DNA of 64,000 bases, taken from IMG/VR virus record IMGVR_UViG_3300005937_000013; one strand, written 5' to 3'. This document shows, piece by piece, positions 55,957-64,000 of this stretch. The DNA is from an uncultured virus (IMG/VR IMGVR_UViG_3300005937_000013) (taxonomy: Duplodnaviria > Heunggongvirae > Uroviricota > Caudoviricetes). The notes under the pieces are model-generated. The model was not told the origin of the DNA, did not search any database, and was given only the letters and a program-made list of their open reading frames with translations. The first letter of the stretch is position 1; every line of letters starts with the position of its first letter. The position numbers were made by a program, and so were the translations under genes.

Positions 55957-58944
55957 ATGCAAGGCTGGAAGCACGTCCGTCTTAGCCCGAGGGCTAGGGC
56001 ACGACAACTGGTGGGTGCGCTCGTCAGCGACCTGAAGGACGAGTGGCCTGGTGACGGGTGGGCACCTGTGCTCATCCGCGTCCAGAGGGACGGGGTCAAC
56101 TACTCCGTGAGGGTGGTGAGAGACCGATGACTGAGCGACGCAACAACGACAAGGTGGCTAACGTCCTCGAGGCGGCAGCGTACATGATGGCTGACTCTCC
56201 CGAGGTGGAGCACCGCGAGAAGGCGAGCAAGCTCTTCGAGGCCGCCAGGATCATCGGGGACTGCCCCCAGGACTACCTCTACCCGGAGCTTGTTCCTGAC
56301 GACCACCTTCCCCTCGAGGACAAGATGGTCGCGTTCATGAGCGAGATCGCGAGGATGGCCGATGGTCTGGACGGGTGGACCAACGGTGTCCTCCACCGCA
56401 AGGTCCGAACCTACGAGGGTCACCCGTACCACGTCATCATCACGGACCTCGATCTGGGGGCCTAGTTGCCGTTGCCGTCGTACATCCCGACGAACAAGTT
56501 TCTGATGGAACGGGCGTTGCGCAACCTGCGTCACGGACCAGGGGAGTGCCCCACGTGTGACCAACACCGAGCAGCGCTCGAGCAGGCGATCTATAACTGG
56601 GACCATCCTGGTCTCGCGTCAAGACAACCCAAGGAGAGACATCCGATGGCTACCACAGCCGAACAGGTCCAGACTGACACCGACACCCCACCCAGGCGGG
56701 GTACCATCGCCTGGTACGAGCAGGAGGTCCAGCGACTCAACGTCGCGCTCGAGCAGGCAAGGGACGTCGACGAGGACAGGATCCAGAACCTCGAGATCGA
56801 CCGTTCCGACCTCCGGGAGGAGCTGCGACAGGAGCAGGCAAGCCGGGAGGCCCAAGACACCCGCATCGCCCAGCTGGACGAGATGGTCACCCAGCTCACC
56901 GCGGCGGTGACCGACAAGCAGGCTGAGCTCGAGGCCCAGAACCAGCGCATCGAGCGGTTCACCACGATGCTCCACGATGAGGCTGACTCGCGGGGGCTCT
57001 GTTCTGACTATGATCGCATCGTCGCGCGGGCTGGACTCATTCCCCGGAACCAGCAGTGGACCGTCGAGGTCAGCGTCGAGTTCGACATGACCCAGACCGT
57101 CGAGGCACGGGGTGAGGACCGGGTGCGCGAGATGGTCAACGATGATGAGTGGATCAGGAACATGATCATGCGGGCGTTCGATCCCTACAACCATGGCACC
57201 ACCTACGAGGATCTCGAGACCGAGGTCAGCGTCTACATCGCCGAGTAAGGAGAACCGATGACACTGAACGACTACATCGCGGAGCTGGAGACGATCCGCG
57301 ACCAGAACCCCGAGGCGGAGGACGCCGAGGTCACCGACGAGAACAACAATCCGTTAGGTTCTCCCGAGTGGTTCCCGGCCTCGGGTGATGAACAGGCCGC
57401 TGTGGTGGTGTGTGCCCATGCCTGAGACCCCGATCAAGCGCCCGCTCAACGGGGAGCGGGTGCGGATCCTCTACCAGCTGTGGGGGCTCCAGAAGAAGCC
57501 GCGCGAGATGGTGGCCGTGTACGTCGCGTTTGACCTGGACCGGCGGGAACACGTCCTCTCGGGCCGGCCCAAGTTCGGAACTGCTGTGGTCCACGAGAGG
57601 AACGTGATCGCGATGTACCACACCGAGCGGGACATCATGCAACCCGAGATCTATCGAGGAGCGTTGCCAAGGCCATGATCGAGTACGACGACACCCTCTA
57701 CGGCAAGGTGGGTGACCGGGTGCGTCTCACCAGGGAGGCCGGCGACGAGTGGCACAGGCTACACGCCGGAGCCACGGGTACCATCACCTACGTCGACGGG
57801 GTGGCGACCAGACACGTCGAGTGGGATGACGGATCCAAGCTCGGGATCCTACCCGACATAGACCGATGGGAGGTCATCGGATGAGCGAGCAGAACAACGA
57901 GAACGTCCAGCACGTCGCTGAGCGGCGCCAGACTGCCATCGACGTCGTCATGGCCCTGGCCCTACCGGAGTCGGTCCACGAGGCCAACGCGGTGAGACTG
58001 GTGGGTGGCATCCTGATGGAGCGGGCCCGGATGGTGGACAACGGTGACGAGTACGGCATCCAGATCTGGTGGCCCGACGGGTGGGTGAGCGAGTTCGACA
58101 TCGGAGAGACCAAGTGGCGGGTGACGATCGAGGAGGTCGGGTGAAGCAACGCATCGAGGAGCTCGGCTGGGAGCTGGGTCAGACCGTGGTCCTGGGTGAC
58201 CGGACCAGAGGCCTGTTCTACGTGGTCGAGGACCGCGGACCGATCGAGGTCATCGAGATCACCCCCGAGGTGTGGCAGGCGATCGTGACGCTTAGGATCG
58301 CCAAGGACGCGAAGGAGTGGGAGGACGATCCCGCCATGCTCGACCAGCTGGTGCCCTACGCGGAGATCCTGGCCAGGGCCGAGGGTCACAGGGACCACGG
58401 GCTCGTGCTCGAGCGGGAACTGCGGTTGTGAGGATCTTTGTCCGGGTGGTCTGTACCGACTCCTCCGTCGAGGATCTTGACCACATCTCGAACATCAACG
58501 TTCGGGAGACCGGCGAGCTGTGGTTGTTCGAGGCACCGGGATCAAAGCCGAGACGGCTGTTTCTTCCCGGTGAGTGGGAGTGGTTCGAGGCGAGCATCCT
58601 ACAACGGGAGGGCGTATGAGCCAGAGGATCGAGTGCCCGATCTGCCACGAGACGTTTGACACGTGGGCTGACCTCGAGCTGCACGTGCCGTGCCCAGACG
58701 AGAGGATGGAGAACGATGACGAGGAGGAGTGATGACCTGGCCGCGCGTGAGCATCATCGACGCACCTGACGGGATGTGCGCTGCCCAGGTCGAGATGGAG
58801 GCCGGGAGAACCACAGCTGACCGGGGACGTGGTGGCCGTGCTAGGTACCACGCCATCGGCAGGCCCGCCAACACCGAGGTCCAGGCTCTCCGTCACCTGA
58901 TCGAGGACCTGACGATCGCCATCACAGGCGAACAACCCATCTAG
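55957..58944 (+). CDS. Operon of small genes (55957-56130, 56127-56465, 56646-57248 coiled coil, 57258-57425, 57418-57678, 57675-57884 DUF4314-like, 57881-58144, 58141-58431, 58428-58619, 58616-58732, 58732-58944)
   Basis: Continuous ATGA/GTGA coupling; 57675 has KVGDRVRL...GATGT...VEWDDGS.L. Confidence 0.62.
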
Positions 58945-59001
58945 CTCACCGCCACCCCACCTGCTAGGGTGGGGTAGGCCAAGAGAGAGAGGAGCCGTTA
59001 G

Positions 59002-61050
59002 TTGGCCGACAACATGCCCGTGACGTGTCAGCTGTGTGGAGAGCCCTTCCCCGACAAGGACGCGATCTGGGACCACGAGTGTCCTGAGTGGGACCGGATA
59101 CGAAGAACGGCGATGCCCACACTGGCTGCGTACCGAAACCTCATCCACTGGTATGAGAACGCGCCCGGACCAAGGTGGGCGAAGAGACTCATCATGTGGG
59201 GCGTGAGACAGGCAGTGCCCGAGCGTGAGGATCCTGAGCTGATTGACGCTCTCCTCAAGCTCCGGCCCAGACAGGTGTTTCGGATGGAGAGGAGACGCGC
59301 GAGATGGGGTCTCATCGACACCGGAGCAAGAGACGATCTCGACAAGGCAAGGCGCCAGTTCGAGATCGAGACCGAGCTAGAAGGGAGAGCCGATGACGAC
59401 TGGCACGCCGCAAGGCGTACCGTGGATGGGAGACGGAGACGAAAGCGACTCCGCAGCATCCAGGGCGGGCGGCAGGAGTAGCCATGGCCGTTGAGTACCG
59501 CTACCAGGAGTGCCGCGAGTGGAACCACCTGTGGCACCGGGTCCCTGACACAATGGACTGGCACCCGAACCGGGTGTTCTACTTCAGACGGGTGAGCCAG
59601 TGCTCGGAGTGTCTGACCATCCGGATCCACCTGCTGGACGCCTACGGCTACCCGCAGGGGCTCTACTACAAGCACCCCCACGACTGGAAGTGGCCCGGTG
59701 ACCACGCTCCCAGCAAGGCGGAGCTCCGCAAGATGACCATCGACGCGAGTATGAAGGAGGCTCGTGATGCCCGGAGAACCCGAGCAAGAAAGACCGCAAA
59801 GAAGTCCTAAGCCGCCGGGCTCCATGCGTGAGGCGGGGATCATCAACCGGTACCTCAAGGCGGTCGAGTCACAGCACGACCTCAGGGCCGGCGCGGCAAG
59901 CATCCAGACGCAGATCGACAGGATCAGTGACCGGCTTGCCCACAACACCCTCACCGGCGTCCAGCGGCTTGACCTCGTGGTCAGGCACCAGGTGCTCGTC
60001 CAGCAGCTCAGCGCCTACGATGCTGAGCTCGAGGAGGAGTTCGTCGCGATCGCGAAGGAGTGGGGCGAGAGGCGAGGTGCCACCTACGCCAGCTGGCGAA
60101 CCATGGGTGTCTCACCCGACGTGCTCGAGCGAGCAGGAATCAAGGAGAGCGGAACATGACTGACGACTTTGCCACCACTGAGGAGATCGACCAGGGCGTA
60201 CCGGATCTACCCCGCCCACTGGTGTTCCTCGTGGAGGAGCAGATCTGTGTCGGCAACCTCCAGGACTACGCCAACGCCGAGAAGCAGGGCCACTACGCCG
60301 GGCTCGACGTCAAGGGACCGTGGCAGGTGTTCGTGAACTGGGAACGGAACATCCTCAACCGCGATACCGGCGAGCACTATGACGTGGGCATCCCCATCCT
60401 TCGGCGCCGTGAGCCCACCGTGCGGGGTCAGGACAACCTGGAGCTCGACTTCCGAACAGTGTGGATGGAGCTGGACGGGGAGACAGCTACGTACCAGCTC
60501 GACCTCCGTGCATGACCCGGGCGTCAGATCCATACGAGCGTAAGATCGCCAAGGATACCGTCGTCTTTCCGTACTACGAGATCACCGAGCTCCTCGCCCT
60601 GATCGACGGGGCTAGGATTGCGGCTGAGCTCGAGGACCATCCGCTGTTCCTCGACGACATCGACTGGCAGCTCATCGCGAAGACGAGGCGGCGGCTCGAC
60701 AACCGGGCCAGGGTGGTCGAGAAGCGGGTAGAGCAACACCTAGCGAGGAAGCGAGATACATAGTGCGATTTGACTGGGGTGACCGGTGGCGAGCGATGCG
60801 GACGCGGTGGCGTCAGGACGCCGAACAACGGAGACGATCAATGGGTGAGAACGAACTGAGGTTGACGCAGTGCGTGTGCTACAGGGTGATGACCTGTCAC
60901 TACTGCCACGAGCAGCTAGTAGAGGACGAGCTGAACGTGAGCGACGACCAGGCCTGGGCGGACTACGTTCTCCATGGTCCGGTCATCGACCTACACATCC
61001 TCGCCCACGCCTACTGTGCGGAGGGCCAGGACGAGGTGGAGAGGGCTTAG
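59002..61050 (+). CDS. Operon of small genes (59002-59481, 59484-59810, 59824-60159, 60156-60515, 60512-60763, 60763-61050)
   Basis: Promoter plus extended SD; coupled ORFs; Zn motifs in several. Confidence 0.6.
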
Positions 61051-61107
61051 CTCACCGCCCCACCACCTGCTACCATGAGTGTGAGCCAAGAGAGAGGAGC
61101 AAGCGAG

Positions 61108-61815
61108 ATGTCCATGAACGATCCTGCTGAGCTCGTTGAGTCTGAGCTCGGCCCCATCCTGTCCATCGTGCGGGACCGGCTCGTCACCGAGCAGCTGCCC
61201 ATGTACCGGACCACCGCGGTTGACCCGGTGGCCGGCGAGATGTGGTCAGTCGTCTTCGAGAGGACCGACCCCGAGATCGACTGGGAGGGTACGCTCACCC
61301 AGGAGGAGGCCGTCCGTCTCCTCCTGCACAAGGTCGGCCACCTGACCGACCTCATCGACCAGCTGGGCCGTCTCGAGGCCCAGACCCACGCCCTGCTACA
61401 CACGCTGGTGGGGCACGAGCACGGGAACGGTGAGTGATGTTCCCCTGCCGAGTTCTGTGGTGGACCGTGATGCTGTACTGGGATGACATCGTGATCGTGT
61501 GGGTGTGTGAGCACGGCAACGCCCACATGCTCGACTTTGGTGTCGGGCAGGCAAGGGAGATCTTCCGTGGTGGGTCCACGTAAGGTTCGGATCGACGAGG
61601 AGGTCATCAACGGTGACATCACGGTCACCGAGGTGATCATGCGGAAGTCGAACATGAAGCGCCCCGACCTGCTCTGGTACGAGCTCTGGGTCAAGATCAG
61701 GGGTCACCGAGAGGAGATCCGACTCGCGATCTTCATGCGTCCCAGCGACCTGAAGATCAACGCGAGAAGGATCAGCACCAACCACGACGTACCCATCCGG
61801 AGTTTCCTCCCGTGA
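61108..61815 (+). CDS. Small genes 61108-61437, 61437-61583 and 61567-61815
   Basis: Promoter plus extended SD; coupling. Confidence 0.55.
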
Positions 61816-61854
61816 GGGGCTGGTGCTACACTGGGTGCCACAAGAGGGAGGAGC

Positions 61855-61971
61855 GAGTCGGTGTGAGCCTCCCGGGGTTGGTCGTATGTTCGTGTGAGCC
61901 ACGAACGGCGCGGTCTGGAGTCTCCTCTCTCTTCCGTGCCGCGGCCAACTCCGGCAGCCTCATACCGACTC
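61855..61971 (+). ncRNA. Predicted three-way-junction RNA with an anti-AAGAGAGAGGAGA loop
   Basis: Four nested helices with only G-U wobbles on the + strand; own promoter TTCCTC-N17-TACACT at 61804-61832. Confidence 0.7.
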
Positions 61972-61993
61972 ACCCAAGAGAGAGGAGAACCAC

Positions 61994-62215
61994 GTGACGT
62001 TTACCGTCATCGTATCCGAGCACAAGTACGAGGACATGACCGACGACCAGATCGCCGAGTTCGGGCTTGTGGACTCCAACGCGAGCCCGTCGGGGTTTCT
62101 ACGGATCAGCCACGTCGTAGGTCCCAAGAACCACCGGATCGGTCGGGTCGATCCCATGGAGAACTTCGGGACGATCTCGGGTGTTCGCATCACCTGGGTC
62201 GAGGAAGGTCACTAG
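61994..62215 (+). CDS. Hypothetical protein
   Basis: GTG after the extended SD at 61976. Confidence 0.65.
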   Translation: MTFTVIVSEHKYEDMTDDQIAEFGLVDSNASPSGFLRISHVVGPKNHRIGRVDPMENFGTISGVRITWVEEGH

Positions 62216-62271
62216 CACTCCGTTCTGCCAGGTGGTAGGCTGGAGTCACACAAGAGAGAGGAGCGGTTGTA

Positions 62272-63033
62272 ATGCCCGACGAGAACAACGGGGTGGACGA
62301 GTCCATCCTCGAGAAGATCCAGAAGGTCCTGAACCTCGCCGAGAAGGCGGGAACCCAGGGCGAGGCCGAGGCAGCGTACGCGAGAGCCACGGCGCTCATG
62401 ACCAAGTACGCGGTCGACCAGGTCATGCTCGATGCCCTGGGCGAGGGTGGCAAGAGAGACGAGATCACCGCGATGGCGATGCCCTACGGGTCCACCTACT
62501 GGCAGGCGACACGGTATGTTCTGATCGAGCTAGGGTTAGCCCTCGGTCTCCAGCCGGCAGTGAGTGACTACTACGACAGGAAGAACGGTCACCTGGACTG
62601 GTGGGGCTGGAAGTCCGAGCTCAAGACTGCCGAGCTGATGTGGGCGAGTCTCGAGATCCAGATGATGCAGGCGGCCGGCGTTCACATGCGGGTGGCATCC
62701 AGGGTCACTGACCGCGAGGAGCGGTTCAAGGAGAAGCGGTCGTTCATCATCGGCTTTGGCCAGGCGGTGGCCAGGCGAGTTCGTCAGGAACGCCTCGAGG
62801 CACGGATCAAGGAGAGCCAGGCACGGGGGAGCTCAGGTCTCCTGCCCGCCCTGGTGAGCCGGGACGACCAGTTCCGTGAGTTCATCGACCAGAGGTTCCG
62901 AAAGGGGAAGGATCTTCGACCCCCCAAGATCCACGAGGACGGTTACCTTGGCGGCCAGCGGGCAGGCCAGACAGCGGACCTCAACGCACCGGGGGGACGT
63001 GTCGGTGGCCGACGAGAGGAGTTGGAACGGTGA
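62272..63033 (+). CDS. DUF2786-family protein
   Basis: ILEKIQKVLNLAE...EAEAAYARATALMTKYAVD; SFIIGF; GY..G..AG..ADL. Confidence 0.78.
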   Translation: MPDENNGVDESILEKIQKVLNLAEKAGTQGEAEAAYARATALMTKYAVDQVMLDALGEGGKRDEITAMAMPYGSTYWQATRYVLIELGLALGLQPAVSDYYDRKNGHLDWWGWKSELKTAELMWASLEIQMMQAAGVHMRVASRVTDREERFKEKRSFIIGFGQAVARRVRQERLEARIKESQARGSSGLLPALVSRDDQFREFIDQRFRKGKDLRPPKIHEDGYLGGQRAGQTADLNAPGGRVGGRREELER

Positions 63034-63072
63034 CAACCACCCGAGACATACCGTTGGGGGTAGTCTCCACCC

Positions 63073-63953
63073 ATGCCCTTGCCACCGTGGGTCGCAGACG
63101 TAGCGACGACCATCACCGACGTCAAGAACCTGGTCCTGCTCGAGGGGAGCATCAGGGGCGAGCAGGTGCTCATCCTCGCCAGGCTCAGCACGCTCGAGAT
63201 CGAGGAGAGGATGGAGCTGAAGCTCGTGGCCCTCATCCTCGATGCCGACATGATGAAGGAGGTAGACATCGATCCCGAGGAGACAACCGTGTACTCACTG
63301 GAGGCACTTGTCGATGACAGAGACTCCGTGGTGGCGGCGGCTCCTCACCCCACCTGAGGCACGTGGCGCAGTGACGGATCCTAACGGTGACGAGCTGCGT
63401 ACACAGGTCCCCCTGGAGGACGGCGGCTTGGCGGTTGCACGGCCCTCCGGGGGGACCCCATCCCCCCGACATCTACAGAAACGGAGACAGAGGCGTATGA
63501 ATGAGGGAAGCGTGTTGATCAGCCTCGAGCTGCGAGCTGATCCTGACGTGATGGCCCACATCGCGCACATCACGGAGGCCGCGCTGGCGGCGGACGCCAC
63601 CATCACCGAGATCCGAAAGGCACCCACCGTGATGGGTGAGCTCGAGCGGGGCAACATGAAGGCGTTTGCCGAGGCCATCAAGAAGGACAACTCGGACGAG
63701 ACTCCCGCTGTGGGTCGTCGTGGTCGTGGCAGTGGTTAGCCAGGGGTGGGAGTACCGTGGTCCGCGTAGGTGGGTGGAGGGGATCCCGTTCGGGTCCTGG
63801 ATGGAGTCCGGTGAGCACTACACCCAGCCCGTCGGATCCAAGCCCTTCCACGAGGACGACGTCATCCTCATCCCCGAGGACAAGTGTCACGAGACCACGC
63901 TGGAACACCTCCGACGGCTCCGGAGACGACTCCGGGAGGTCAAGCGAGGGTGA
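63073..63953 (+). CDS. Small hypothetical genes (63073-63357, 63497-63739, 63732-63953)
   Basis: Co-oriented ORFs; starts uncertain. Confidence 0.45.
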
Positions 63954-64000
63954 CCAGCGGACCCTGCGGTTGTGGTGGTGGGTGACCGTGCTTACCATCG

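Larger units (their letters stand above)
48521..62263 (+). repeat. Dispersed start-associated repeat AAGAGAGAGGAG
   Basis: Exact copies at 48521, 48996, 50463, 52105, 53163, 55938, 61088, 61976, 62252; variants at 58981 and 61842. Confidence 0.9.

Noticed and set aside
61812..61997. 61-aa ORF over the predicted RNA
   Set aside because: It starts inside the promoter, has no RBS or motif, and the helix pattern with G-U pairs fits RNA structure better

Overview
High-GC tailed-phage (siphovirus-like actinophage) segment with no integrase, rRNA, tRNA or CRISPR visible. 1-48,000 is one long minus-strand arm: terminase/portal/head/tail genes, a lysis cassette with two endolysins, then nucleotide-modification and replication genes (dNMP kinase-UDG fusion, Asp-type thymidylate-synthase homologue, dCMP deaminase, PolA, RuvC, SNF2 helicase, Cas4-like nuclease, Sak4, SSB, glycosyltransferase, dimeric dUTPase, atypical C5-methyltransferase, Prim-Pol primase/helicase). 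From ~48,500 a plus-strand arm holds small early-type genes in cassettes, most opened by a shared promoter (T[A/G/T][G/C]C[T/A]C-N17-TAnnnT) and an identical extended Shine-Dalgarno AAGAGAGAGGAG. Top finds: (1) a predicted three-way-junction RNA at 61855-61971 whose loop displays the exact reverse complement of that 12-mer, a candidate sRNA silencing the early regulon; (2) a C5-MTase with Lys in place of the motif X Asn and a rewired SAM loop inside a cytosine-modification cluster; (3) tandem CRP-type palindromes at class II spacing on the first early promoter; (4) three unannotated protamine-like peptides in the packaging module. All calls come from reading motifs by eye; no searches or folding programs were run.
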